Shown one piece after another: positions 11,857 to 22,729 of a stretch of 64,000 nt of DNA. Both the position numbers and the translations under genes were made by a program. Numbering within the stretch: the stretch's first letter is position 1; each line of letters begins with the position of its first letter. Source of the DNA: Escherichia coli O157:H7 (lineage in GTDB: Bacteria; Pseudomonadota; Gammaproteobacteria; Enterobacterales; Enterobacteriaceae); assembly GCF_013167455.1 (NCBI RefSeq), contig NZ_CP038328.1; one strand, written 5' to 3'. Under the pieces are notes generated by a model. The model searched no databases, had not been told where the DNA came from, and worked only from the letters and a program-made list of their open reading frames with translations.

Positions 11857-13413
11857 TTACCACTGCGGCGTATACGGTTTCTTCAGCCAGCGGACAAAAT
11901 CGTCCAGCGGTAACGGGCGACTAATCCAGTAGCCTTGCATGAAATTAACGCCGCGTTCGCTTAGCCATCGCGCCTGTTCCGGCGTTTCGACCCCCTCAGC
12001 AACCGTCAGCATATTGAGGCGTTTCGCCAGCGTCAGCACCGCGTCAAGTACGGGTGAAGTGATCGTTTCCGTACCGATGGCGTTGATAAATCCACGGTCA
12101 ATTTTCAGATAATCGAGCGTAAAACGCTCAAGATAGATAAGCGCGCTGTGCCCGGTGCCGAAGTCATCAATAGCAATTTCTACGCCGACCGAGTGCAGCC
12201 AGGCGAAGAGTTGTGTGGCTTCTTGCTCTTTCAGCATATCGCGCTCGGTAATTTCCAGCACAATCTGGAAATGGTGTGCGGGTAGGGAAGTGAGCAGTTT
12301 CTGGATATTTGCTTTAAAGCTTTCGCTGTGCAGATGGTCCGGCGCAATGTTAATGCCAAATTTGACGCCTACCGGCAGCACTTTTTCTAATTCTGCGGCA
12401 TCGCGGGCAATTAACTCAAACAGGTGCTGAGTCAGCGGCACAATCATCTTTTGCGATTCGGCAAAGTTAATGAAGGCATCCGGGGGAATTTCTCCCGCGA
12501 CAGGATGCCGCCAGCGTAGCAGTACTTCCAGGCCCGTTACTCGCAAAGCTTGTGTATCCACCACCGGTTGATACGCCACGTAAAATTGTTCGCGCTTGAT
12601 GGCGGTCATGATTTCTCTGCCGGGGCGCATACGTACGCTCATCAGGTAATAGCAGAGCAGGCCAACGACAGTTCCACTCATGCCGCCCAGTAAAAATGCG
12701 TACCACACATCGTTCCATGTCCAGTCATCTGCATAAAGCCGAACGGTCAGAGGAATGCCCGCAATTTTAGTTTCACGGACTGGCATGTCGGTTAATTCGT
12801 TAACGTTCATCAAACGTGAAGAAAAGGTAGATAGCGCAGTATTGCCAATAATGAGGGCGACGCCATCGTAATCTTCCTGCCGTGAGCTATAAAAGAGAGA
12901 AGGCGTCAGGTTGAGATTCAGAGCGGCAAAGACGCCGCTATTTTTCAGCAAAGGGTTGCGATACCAGATGACGATTGCGGGTTTGTTCGGCACCATCGGC
13001 GTGCCGGGTAAGATCGCCATATCGACATTTTTATTAATGTCGAGCGCAGGAATCAATTCATTGAGTGGAATGTCCATCTCACCGGTCGCAGATGAACAGA
13101 ATGTTTTTTTATCTTTCACCAGCACAAACGTTCGGACATTCATGCTAAACGCCGCGCGGGCGGTCAGTTCGGGGTTAGCTTGCTTGCATGTATCTAAGGT
13201 CAGCGGCTGGAGCCGGTCAGTAGTGGATTTCAGGTCGGCAAAATAGGTATCGAGATACTTTTGTACGTCGGTAATCAGTGTGTCGTATTTGACTTCGTGC
13301 TTATGCCAGGCCACTAAAAACTGAAGGCAGCTCACCAGTATCGCAATCATTACGCCTGCAACAATGCAGGTAAGCAGGAGCTTACGTCCAGAATTGGGAG
13401 CGCGTATGAACAT
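11857..13413 (-). CDS. rtn: EAL-domain c-di-GMP phosphodiesterase with periplasmic sensor domain (Rtn/PdeN)
   Basis: 518-aa ORF with two TM segments and C-terminal EAL domain (ELEKVLPVGVKFGINIAPDHL...). Confidence 0.88.
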   Translation of the reverse strand: MFIRAPNSGRKLLLTCIVAGVMIAILVSCLQFLVAWHKHEVKYDTLITDVQKYLDTYFADLKSTTDRLQPLTLDTCKQANPELTARAAFSMNVRTFVLVKDKKTFCSSATGEMDIPLNELIPALDINKNVDMAILPGTPMVPNKPAIVIWYRNPLLKNSGVFAALNLNLTPSLFYSSRQEDYDGVALIIGNTALSTFSSRLMNVNELTDMPVRETKIAGIPLTVRLYADDWTWNDVWYAFLLGGMSGTVVGLLCYYLMSVRMRPGREIMTAIKREQFYVAYQPVVDTQALRVTGLEVLLRWRHPVAGEIPPDAFINFAESQKMIVPLTQHLFELIARDAAELEKVLPVGVKFGINIAPDHLHSESFKANIQKLLTSLPAHHFQIVLEITERDMLKEQEATQLFAWLHSVGVEIAIDDFGTGHSALIYLERFTLDYLKIDRGFINAIGTETITSPVLDAVLTLAKRLNMLTVAEGVETPEQARWLSERGVNFMQGYWISRPLPLDDFVRWLKKPYTPQW

Positions 13414-13514
13414 GATTCCGTTAATTTCCTGAAATTACGACAACATTTAAAAGATAACAATGACCGGACTATAGCCTGGATCAAGACGCGGAAACATCAT
13501 TTTCTCTGATGAAT

Positions 13515-13548
13515 GAAAACAAAAAAGCACTGCCTAAACAGTGCTTTC
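13515..13548 (-). terminator. Rho-independent terminator downstream of mepS (minus strand)
   Basis: Reverse complement gives agcactg-tttagg-cagtgct followed by ttttttgtttt. Confidence 0.6.
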
Positions 13549-13593
13549 AGTTAACTCGTCAGGATAGCCAAGGGATTGCATCCAAACGGTTTA

Positions 13594-14160
13594 TTAGCTG
13601 CGGCTGAGAACCCGGCGTGCTTCGTTGTAACGCTTCTTCCAGTACGGTTCATTCATGCTGGAAATAATAACACCACTGCTGGTGGAAGCATGGACAAACT
13701 GATTGTTGCCGATATAAATACCGACATGGCGTCCCGTTGAACCGGCACGGAACAGAACTAAATCACCCGTACGCAAATTACTGCGGGAAACAGATTTACC
13801 CATTTCCTGCTGTTCGTAAGTCGAACGCGGAAGTTCTAAGCCAAATTGCTCACGGAATGTACGCTGTACGAAACCAGAACAATCGATACCTTTTTTAGTG
13901 CTGCCGCCCAGACGATAACGTACGCCTTTCCAGTCAGCATACTGATCCATAATTCGCGATTTTACGTCGACATTACGAACCAGGTTTTCAAATTCATCCT
14001 GAGAAGCTTGCAGTGATGATGTTTCACTACCCACTGCACGTGTCTCAGGATGCATATTCTTTGCGGTGTTATTTGCACTACATGCAGAAAGCAGAACCGC
14101 TACTGCAATCGCGGGGATCCCGCGCAAGATATATCTCAAAATCGGTTGAGATTTGACCAT
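13594..14160 (-). CDS. mepS: NlpC/P60 peptidoglycan DD-endopeptidase lipoprotein MepS (Spr)
   Basis: 188-aa ORF with lipobox (LLSAC), catalytic Cys in GIDCSGFV context. Confidence 0.92.
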
Positions 14161-14572
14161 GTTGTTTGTTTTCCCTTGAAGTCCTTAACGACAAATATCG
14201 TTATAAAAAAAATGCCAAGCGACACGAGACTAATTACCAGGGCATGTTGAAACAATTCCTTAAGGCCAAATCTGTGGACTAACGCACAAAATTATATGCT
14301 GTGAGGATAATCTACCGCCGAGGCAAAACGAGTTCGAGATTACCCGATTGGTGCGGTCTTGGCGAGCGGTTTTACATGATTTTTTATAAGAAAAAGTGAT
14401 ACAGAAAGTTAATAAGCGGGATTGGTCAATTAAAGTACGATTGAGTGAAATGCATGCAATCCATTCATTTACTTAGAGAATGATTTTTGCTTTCGATGGA
14501 TGAAAGCACGGTGCGCATCATCAGGATTATCCTCACTATAAAAATAAACCTGATGATGTTAAGTACTGTGAG

Positions 14573-15286
14573 TTATTTGTTTTGGAAATGTTTGTTTTTT
14601 CCCGGTAGTGATTTGTCAAAAAAGGTGATTAATCGATCACTTAATGGCGTCAGCAACACCCAGGGCAAACCGATCAATATCACGGTCATCGAACCGACAA
14701 TGATGTCAGTAAACCAGTGTGCGCCAATCATTACTCTGGGAAACGCAAAAACCACAAAAATAATAAGGGCGATAAGACCTGCAACTTTGCCGAAATAACG
14801 CCACATGAATGCCGAAAAAATAAGCAGCATCATGCCGTGATCGCCGGGAAAGCTATCTCGTGAGGCATCTTTCGTGGGGACAGAGAGCAGTTCGCTGACG
14901 CGGTTAATATCGGTAAAAGTCAATGTTGGGCTGGCCCGTTTTACAGGAATTAATGCCTGACCCAGCTGGTTTAATACCACTGCAGTTAATAGCATGACCA
15001 GACCAATAATCACGATACGTCGTCTGCCTGGGGCGTTTTCTTTCAGCCAGAAACTCAGCATCAACATTCCCATTGCCAGCAGTGAACAACCGTCGAAAGC
15101 GCGATTGTTGGTCAATGCAACCAGCCACAAAAAGGCCTTACTTTCGACCAGTTTCTGATTAAAGAAATAAAAAATATCCGCATCAATCGGCAACCAGAAT
15201 CCATGATTAACGGGAATATACCAGGAAAGAAACAGCGCGAGGCCGACAATATTCAACAACACTATTTGCGGCAAATTTTTAATCAT
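14573..15286 (-). CDS. lpxT: Lipid A 1-diphosphate synthase, PAP2 family (LpxT/YeiU)
   Basis: 237-aa membrane protein MIKNLPQIVLLNIV...; track ORF has a 12-codon upstream extension. Confidence 0.88.
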   Translation of the reverse strand: MIKNLPQIVLLNIVGLALFLSWYIPVNHGFWLPIDADIFYFFNQKLVESKAFLWLVALTNNRAFDGCSLLAMGMLMLSFWLKENAPGRRRIVIIGLVMLLTAVVLNQLGQALIPVKRASPTLTFTDINRVSELLSVPTKDASRDSFPGDHGMMLLIFSAFMWRYFGKVAGLIALIIFVVFAFPRVMIGAHWFTDIIVGSMTVILIGLPWVLLTPLSDRLITFFDKSLPGKNKHFQNK

Positions 15287-15324
15287 ATTTTCTCTAATTA
15301 TCTTACTGAAAAACGCAGGCAACC

Positions 15325-16311
15325 TTACGCGGTAGTCGCTAAACGAAGCTTCAACAGCGCGCTCTGCAAGGCATTCCAGTCAGCTTCGCTGCTGGAAATC
15401 AGCTCAATACGGCTGTCCGGTGGCGCAACGTTTTGCGTTTCAATGTGCAGGTCATCGCCCTGACGGTTGATTCGCACCAGCCCTTCGGGAATACGCAGCA
15501 CGCCTTTGACGCGTTCCACCGGTGCAAGTCGCGCCCATTCCAGAATGCCAATGGTGTCGAATACCGTATCAGCGTCGAATATCCAGCCGCAGGCCTGATG
15601 TCCTTGTCCACTGTTCAGACTGCGACGCCAGCGTTGATGCTCTGGCAGGCTTAACGCTGCTAACCCTTTTTTCACGACATGCTGATGAGAATGCGCGGCG
15701 CTGGCGGGCAACTCGGCTAAATTGTGACGCGGCAAATCCAGAAGATGACCGGCAACTTTCCCATGCTCACTGTGAATTAATTGCCGATCGCCACCATTTT
15801 GCTGCCACCAGCGCTGTAGCGCTTGCTCGCTTTCAGGTGTCGCACGGTCGGATTTATTGGCGACAATGATGTCTGCGGCAGCCAGCTGGTCACGGAAGTT
15901 TTCATTGCTGGCGCTTTTTTCGTCCAGCAGCAGGCGTGGATCGAGAATGCACAACGTGGCGCGCAGATCTATCCACGGTTCATAGACTGGTGCGGTTAAC
16001 AGATCGAGGATCTGTTTCGGATGGCCCAGCCCAGTCGGCTCTATCAACAAGCGGTCTGGTTTTCCCTGACGCAGTAAGGTATTCAACCCTACCTGCATGG
16101 GTAAACCATTAACGCAGCACATGCAGCCGCCGGGGATCTCTTTCAGCAGTGCGCCGCTATCGGCGAGCAAAGCACCATCAATTCCGACTTCCCCAAATTC
16201 ATTAACCAGTACCGCCCATTTTTCGTTGGGATCTTTATGGGCTAACAGATGAAGAATCGACGTGGTTTTCCCGCTGCCGAGAAAACCGGTGATGAGGTTG
16301 GTCCTGGTCAC
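15325..16311 (-). CDS. yeiR: COG0523/CobW-family zinc-binding GTPase YeiR
   Basis: 328-aa ORF with GFLGSGKTT P-loop and CxCC metal motif (GGCMCCV). Confidence 0.88.
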   Translation of the reverse strand: MTRTNLITGFLGSGKTTSILHLLAHKDPNEKWAVLVNEFGEVGIDGALLADSGALLKEIPGGCMCCVNGLPMQVGLNTLLRQGKPDRLLIEPTGLGHPKQILDLLTAPVYEPWIDLRATLCILDPRLLLDEKSASNENFRDQLAAADIIVANKSDRATPESEQALQRWWQQNGGDRQLIHSEHGKVAGHLLDLPRHNLAELPASAAHSHQHVVKKGLAALSLPEHQRWRRSLNSGQGHQACGWIFDADTVFDTIGILEWARLAPVERVKGVLRIPEGLVRINRQGDDLHIETQNVAPPDSRIELISSSEADWNALQSALLKLRLATTA

Positions 16312-16428
16312 AACAGCTCCGCAATACTCTGGTAAGTTAACTGAGCGTTAATCCTGGCTAAAAACGGCAGAAAAGAGAAGGGGAGAGCGGACGAAGGCGA
16401 GCTTCATCCGCTTTAACCGCAGAAATCG

Positions 16429-17895
16429 TTAAATTTTGAGGGTGTTTAATAGCGCCTGATGCGCGCCGAATTGTGCGATTTGTTGCCGGGCTTGTTCGAT
16501 GGCCTGCACAAAATGCGGGTTATCTGGCAGATCATCACCGAAAACTTCACGCAGGGAAAGCAGGGCGGTGACGCGTTGCTCACTGATGCTGCCCGCAACA
16601 AGATCGCGAATTTTATCGCTAAGCGGATCGCGAACATCAATGGCATTTCCGGCATCATCAACGCCGCTGACGTAACGCATCCAGCCTGCAACGCCTAATG
16701 CCAGCAACGACCAGTCCGTTTCGCGCCCCAGATGTATGCGAATACCTGCCAGCATGCGTTGCGGTAATTTCTGGCTGCCATCCATCGCGATTTGCCAGGT
16801 CTTACGTTTCAGCGCCGGATTAGCAAAACGTGCAATTAACTTATCCGCATATTGTGTTAAATCGACATCTTTAATCCGCAGTGTCGGCGCTTGCTCATCC
16901 AGCATTAATGTTCTGGCGGCATGGCGAAATGCGCGATCCTGCATGCAATCACTGATATGGGCGAATCCTGAGAGGTAACCCAGATAAGCGAGAAAAGAGT
17001 GGCTGCCATTAAGCATCCGCAGTTTCATCTCTTCCCATGGCAGGACATCATTCACCATTTGTACACCTGCGACTTCCCAGGCAGGACGCCCAGCGACGAA
17101 GTTATCTTCCACCACCCACTGGATAAACGGTTCGCAGCTAATCGCGCAGGGATCATTTACCCCCAGATGCTGGCTGATTTCTGCCAGTGATTCGTCGGTT
17201 GCAGCCGGAACAATGCGGTCGACCATGGTTCCCGGAAAACTGACGTGTTCTTTTATCCACCCGGCGAGTTCTGGCGAACGTTTTTCTGCCATTCCCAGCA
17301 CCGCGTTTTTCACCACATGGCCATTGTCGGGAATATTGTCGCAGGAGAGCACGGTAAACGGTGTAAGGCCGCGCTCACGGCGGCGTTTCAGTGCTTCGAC
17401 GAGAATACCCGGTGCGGAGTGAGGTTCTTCAGGGGTTTGTAGATCGTGAATAATCCGCGGATTGCTGGTGTCGAGTGCACCGGTGGCCGGGTCAATACAA
17501 TAGCCTTTTTCGGTAATCGTCAGGGAAACAATTGCCACCTGTGGCTCGCAAAATTTCTCAATAATTGCCGCTAAGGAATCCAGTTTTGCATTCAGGCATT
17601 CGTGAACGGCACCGACAATTATCGCCTGATTGCCGTCCGCCCCTTTCTCCAGCACGGTATATAAATGGTTCTGTGCGCGGAGCTGGCTCATCAGTTGATC
17701 ACCGCTGAACAAGCTGATTTCACAGATCCCCCAGTCGCCGCCCTGGGCATTCAGCACACGATCGGTCAGTAACGCCTGATGTGCGCGGTGAAAGGCTCCA
17801 AAGCCAAAATGAACGATACGTGATTGCAACTGCTGGCGATCGTAGCGTGGAGCGTGTACATGATGCGGGAGCGTAACGGAGGCGATTGTATTCAT
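16429..17895 (-). CDS. yeiQ: Mannitol dehydrogenase-family oxidoreductase YeiQ
   Basis: 488-aa ORF starting MNTIASVTLPHH; long-chain mannitol dehydrogenase family. Confidence 0.88.
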   Translation of the reverse strand: MNTIASVTLPHHVHAPRYDRQQLQSRIVHFGFGAFHRAHQALLTDRVLNAQGGDWGICEISLFSGDQLMSQLRAQNHLYTVLEKGADGNQAIIVGAVHECLNAKLDSLAAIIEKFCEPQVAIVSLTITEKGYCIDPATGALDTSNPRIIHDLQTPEEPHSAPGILVEALKRRRERGLTPFTVLSCDNIPDNGHVVKNAVLGMAEKRSPELAGWIKEHVSFPGTMVDRIVPAATDESLAEISQHLGVNDPCAISCEPFIQWVVEDNFVAGRPAWEVAGVQMVNDVLPWEEMKLRMLNGSHSFLAYLGYLSGFAHISDCMQDRAFRHAARTLMLDEQAPTLRIKDVDLTQYADKLIARFANPALKRKTWQIAMDGSQKLPQRMLAGIRIHLGRETDWSLLALGVAGWMRYVSGVDDAGNAIDVRDPLSDKIRDLVAGSISEQRVTALLSLREVFGDDLPDNPHFVQAIEQARQQIAQFGAHQALLNTLKI

Positions 17896-18117
17896 AGGAG
17901 TCATGTCTTAGTAACGATTAATTAACAATGACAGTGTAAAGTTATATGACAGCAATTGAAATTGGTCTGGATTGTTAATGCGATGAAGTGTGAGGGCGAT
18001 CAATCAACGAGTGAAAATTGAGGGCGTAAGGTGTTCAGGAAGCGCAAAATAGAAGATTGGTATAATAAATTAAAAAAGGGACAGCCTGAGCTATCCCTTT
18101 TCTGCATGCGGCTGAAG

Positions 18118-18690
18118 TTAGTCAGCACGCCCCATATAACGGCGTTCTTCGATATGGATACGAATTTTTTCGCCCGGGCTTAAGTATTCTGGTACCTGAA
18201 TCACCAGACCAGTGCTCAATGTCGCCGGTTTGTTACGGGCGCTGGCAGATGCCCCTTTGATGCCTGGTGCGGTTTCAACGATTTCCAGATCAACGGTCTG
18301 CGGCAGCTCAAGCGCCAGCAGTTGACCGTCCCAGGTCAGCACCTGCATGTCCGGCATGCCGCCCTCTGGCATAAACAGCAACTCTTCTTCAATCTGATCT
18401 TTGGTGAAGGTATACGGGGTATAGTCTTCTTTATCCATAAAGACATATTCGTTGCCATCGACATAGGAGAAGTCAACGTAACGGCGGGTCAGCGTCACGG
18501 TGTCAACGATATCATCTCCTTTGAAACGCTCTTCTACTTTCAGCCCGGTACGGACATCAGAAAAACGCATTTTGTACAGCGTAGCGGCACCGCGGGCAGT
18601 GGGCGACTGAATATCAATGTCCTTAACCAGCAGCAGTTTGCCGTTGTAATTCAGTACCATACCTTTTTTAATTTCGTTCGCTCTTGGCAT
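18118..18690 (-). CDS. yeiP: Elongation factor P-like protein (YeiP/EfpL)
   Basis: 190-aa product [25 protein letters not shown]...; the 275-aa track ORF is an N-terminal over-extension. Confidence 0.88.
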
Positions 18691-18844
18691 CGAAAAATTC
18701 CTGTAGTCGAAAATGTCAAAAATATCGCGACAAAGTACTCGCGACGAGCCTTTCGGGCAAGTGGTATTCGCACTTTTGCTGGTGCAAAAAAGGTGGTACT
18801 GTGCGCGCTCATCAATCCGGTGGTTAACCTTAAGAGAACAACGT

Positions 18845-19099
18845 ATGGAATGCCGTCCGGGTTGCGGGGCGTGTTGCACTGCCCCTTCAATTTCCAGCCC
18901 TATTCCCGGTATGCCAGATGGCAAGCCCGCCAATACGCCCTGCATTCAGCTTGATGAACAGCAACGCTGTAAAATTTTCACCTCGCCACTGCGGCCGAAA
19001 GTCTGTGCAGGCTTACAAGCCAGCGCTGAAATGTGCGGTAACTCGCGTCAGCAGGCAATGACCTGGCTTATCGATCTGGAAATGCTGACCGCGCCTTAA
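18845..19099 (+). CDS. yeiW: Small cysteine-rich protein YeiW (UPF0153)
   Basis: 84-aa product [15 protein letters not shown]...; track ORF over-extended upstream; 3' end overlaps convergent setB by 4 bp. Confidence 0.8.
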
Positions 19100-20277
19100 A
19101 CATCTTTAATCCGCAGTAAGCAAAACAGAGTGGCGATAATCATCACCATCGCAAACCAGAACACAGCGTGATAATTCCAGATCTCGGCGACGATGCCCGC
19201 CACTGATCCCGCGATGATCCAGCCCACGCGCGACGTGTTGGTATAGAGCGTGGTGGCTGAACCTGCCTGACCGGGCATCAGATCCTGAAAATAGAGCATC
19301 CCGATACCGCCCAGAATGCCAATAAAAATAGCATTTAGCAGCTGCAAGCCCAACAGAATGACAGGAGAATGCGCCATCAGCATTCCTGCGTAAAAACAGA
19401 CGCCACCCACGGCAGCAACGCGCATTAAGAAACGCTTACCCAGACGTTTGGCGAAATATCCGGCAATCAACATGGTCGGGATTTCCAGCCCGGCGGCGGT
19501 CCCCATCATCACACCGGCCAGTTTCTCGGGAAGATGGAGTTCGTTGATAATAAATAGCGGCATGTTGATGATGTACAGGCTGTTCGAGCCCCACATCAAT
19601 GTACAAATGACAAACAGCAGCAGCGTATCGCGACGGTTACGGCGCGGCGCTTCAACCGTGCCGGTCGCCAGCGGAAGCTCTTTTTGCATCGACGGTAAAA
19701 ACAGCCACACCATCACGCCGCAAACAATAAATGCTACCGCTGCGCTCAGATACATTACCGTAAAGCTGAAACCCATCGCTAAGGCATAAGCCAGCGGTGG
19801 GCCAATGACCCATGCCAGTGAAACCTGAGCGCGTAAAAAAGAGCTGAACATCACCGCCTCACGTCCGGTTTTGTCGGCATGTTCACGGGCAAGGGCAAAC
19901 ATTTGCGGGTTAGCGGTCGAGCCAAAGCTGCTAAGAAAGACGCCAACGAATAGCAAAACAAAGTAGTTGCGATTCCAGGCAAAAAGGGTGCAGGCCAGCA
20001 CGCCTAACAGGCAGCAAAAGACAATCAGCGATTTGCGATCGCCGCGCTTATCAGAGCGCCCGGCGAGAAACTGACTCACCAGAACCCCAATGACAGCGCT
20101 GCCGGTAAAGAAGAATCCCACCATCGCCGGACGGGCATGTACTTCATCGGTAAGAAAAATACTGAGTGTCGGGGTTTGCAGAGCGCCCGCAATACCGGTG
20201 AGAAAGGCAACGATTAAAAACGCCGTCGAGGTCAGGTCAAACGATTTCGCGCTGGAGACTGCGGGGGAGTTATGCAT
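19096..20277 (-). CDS. setB: Sugar efflux MFS transporter SetB
   Basis: 393-aa 12-[33 protein letters not shown]... Confidence 0.9.
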
Positions 20278-20542
20278 GCTGGTCGATCACTGGAAGAGGA
20301 AGACGCGGAGTTTACGCTGCTTGTCAGAAAATAAACAGACAGCGAAATCAAAAGCGCCACGAATAATCAAAATGCCATTTCACTGTTGCTGATTGGCTGC
20401 TGACGCTGCTGAAATGAAATTGCTGATAACGGATTTTCCCATCAGCAATTAGGAAAAATGACAAAAAATTGTGCAGCACATCAAACTTTTGCTCATAACT
20501 TTACGGCTTTCCTTGCGTGCTGAAACAGAAGTATTATGCTTT

Positions 20543-20559
20543 CTTGAAACGTTTCAGCG
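20543..20559 (+). promoter_or_regulatory. Putative Cra (FruR) operator in the fruBKA promoter
   Basis: cttgaaacgtttcagcg matches the palindromic Cra consensus (GCTGAAACGTTTCA) about 90 bp upstream of fruB. Confidence 0.6.
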
Positions 20560-20609
20560 CGATCTTGTCTTTAACCCTAAGCCAGGTTGGCGCTTTTTTT
20601 CTCATAGAA

Positions 20610-20630
20610 GCTGAATCGTTTCAATTCAGC
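20610..20630 (+). promoter_or_regulatory. Second putative Cra operator or palindrome upstream of fruB
   Basis: gctgaatcgtttcaattcagc, inverted repeat with Cra-like half-sites, about 15 bp upstream of the fruB RBS. Confidence 0.55.
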
Positions 20631-20644
20631 AAGAGAGGAGAACT

Positions 20645-21775
20645 ATGTTCCAGTTATCCGTACAGGACATCCATCCGGGCGAAAAGGCCGGAGACAAAGA
20701 AGAGGCGATTCGCCAGGTCGCTGCGGCGCTGGTGCAGGCCGGTAATGTAGCAGAAGGCTACGTCAATGGCATGCTGGCGCGCGAACAGCAAACCTCAACG
20801 TTCCTCGGCAATGGTATTGCTATTCCACACGGCACTACCGACACCCGCGATCAGGTGCTGAAAACCGGCGTTCAGGTATTTCAGTTCCCGGAAGGCGTCA
20901 CCTGGGGTGACGGTCAGGTAGCGTACGTAGCGATCGGTATTGCTGCCAGCTCGGATGAGCATCTGGGCCTGCTACGCCAGCTGACCCACGTACTGAGCGA
21001 TGATTCCGTTGCTGAACAACTGAAGTCAGCAACAACAGCAGAAGAACTTCGCGCATTGCTGATGGGCGAAAAGCAGAGTGAGCAGCTGAAGCTCGACAAC
21101 GAAATGCTGACGCTGGATATCGTCGCCAGCGATCTGCTGACTCTTCAGGCGCTGAACGCTGCGCGTCTGAAAGAGGCGGGGGCAGTTGACGCCACTTTCG
21201 TCACCAAAGCCATCAATGAACAACCGCTGAACCTCGGACAGGGTATCTGGCTGAGCGATAGCGCCGAAGGCAATCTGCGTAGCGCAATTGCGGTAAGCCG
21301 TGCGGCAAATGCTTTTGATGTGGACGGCGAAACGGCAGCCATGCTGGTGAGTGTGGCGATGAATGACGATCAGCCCATTGCGGTTCTTAAGCGTCTCGCT
21401 GATTTGTTGCTCGACAATAAAGCTGACCGCTTGCTGAAAGCGGATGCGGCAACGTTGCTGGCGCTGCTGACCAGCGATGATGCGCCGACCGACGACGTGT
21501 TAAGCGCGGAGTTTGTGGTGCGCAATGAACACGGCCTGCATGCTCGTCCAGGTACCATGCTGGTCAACACCATTAAACAATTTAACAGTGATATTACCGT
21601 GACAAACCTTGATGGCACCGGCAAACCGGCAAACGGACGTAGTCTGATGAAAGTTGTGGCACTTGGCGTTAAGAAAGGTCATCGCCTACGCTTTACCGCC
21701 CAGGGTGCAGATGCTGAACAGGCGCTGAAAGCAATCGGCGACGCTATCGCTGCTGGTCTTGGGGAGGGCGCATAA
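20645..21775 (+). CDS. fruB: Fructose PTS multiphosphoryl transfer protein (IIA-M-FPr)
   Basis: 376-aa ORF with IIA-like N-terminus and HPr-like C-terminus ([10 protein letters not shown]). Confidence 0.93.
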
Positions 21776-22713
21776 TGAGCAGACGTGTTGCTACTATCAC
21801 CCTTAATCCGGCTTATGACCTTGTTGGTTTCTGCCCGGAAATTGAACGCGGCGAAGTGAACCTGGTGAAAACCACCGGTCTGCATGCGGCGGGTAAAGGC
21901 ATCAACGTGGCCAAAGTATTAAAAGACCTGGGAATTGATGTCACCGTTGGCGGCTTCCTCGGTAAAGACAATCAGGATGGTTTTCAGCAACTGTTCAGCG
22001 AGCTGGGCATTGCCAACCGTTTCCAGGTTGTACAGGGGCGCACCCGAATTAACGTTAAGCTGACGGAAAAAGACGGCGAAGTGACCGACTTCAACTTCTC
22101 GGGTTTTGAAGTCACCCCCGCCGACTGGGAACGCTTTGTGACTGATTCTCTGAGCTGGCTCGGTCAGTTCGATATGGTCTGTGTCAGCGGAAGCTTACCG
22201 TCAGGCGTCAGCCCGGAAGCGTTCACCGACTGGATGACTCGCCTGCGTAGTCAGTGCCCTTGCATTATCTTTGATAGTAGCCGTGAAGCGTTAGTAGCAG
22301 GTTTGAAAGCGGCACCGTGGCTGGTGAAACCTAACCGCCGCGAGCTGGAAATCTGGGCAGGCCGTAAACTGCCTGAAATGAAAGATGTGATTGAAGCTGC
22401 GCATGCGCTGCGTGAACAAGGTATTGCGCATGTCGTTATTTCACTGGGTGCCGAAGGCGCGCTTTGGGTTAATGCCTCCGGCGAATGGATCGCCAAACCA
22501 CCGTCAGTCGATGTCGTAAGCACCGTTGGCGCAGGGGATTCTATGGTTGGTGGCCTGATTTATGGCTTGCTAATGCGTGAATCCAGTGAACACACACTGC
22601 GTCTGGCGACTGCTGTTGCAGCCCTGGCGGTAAGTCAAAGCAATGTGGGTATTACCGATCGTCCGCAGTTGGCCGCAATGATGGCGCGCGTCGACTTACA
22701 ACCTTTTAACTGA
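21775..22713 (+). CDS. fruK: 1-phosphofructokinase
   Basis: 312-aa PfkB-family ORF; overlaps fruB stop by 1 nt. Confidence 0.93.
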   Translation: MSRRVATITLNPAYDLVGFCPEIERGEVNLVKTTGLHAAGKGINVAKVLKDLGIDVTVGGFLGKDNQDGFQQLFSELGIANRFQVVQGRTRINVKLTEKDGEVTDFNFSGFEVTPADWERFVTDSLSWLGQFDMVCVSGSLPSGVSPEAFTDWMTRLRSQCPCIIFDSSREALVAGLKAAPWLVKPNRRELEIWAGRKLPEMKDVIEAAHALREQGIAHVVISLGAEGALWVNASGEWIAKPPSVDVVSTVGAGDSMVGGLIYGLLMRESSEHTLRLATAVAALAVSQSNVGITDRPQLAAMMARVDLQPFN

Positions 22714-22729
22714 CAGCAGGAGAGGCATA

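Noticed and set aside
18118-18945. N-terminally extended ORFs in the track (yeiP 275 aa, yeiB 428 aa overlapping folE, dusC 335 aa, mdtQ 508 aa, yejF 545 aa, rplY 126 aa, yeiW 128 aa, mhbR 318 aa)
   Set aside because: Internal ATG or GTG starts with better RBS context give products matching the expected family lengths; the extensions would overlap upstream genes or promoters
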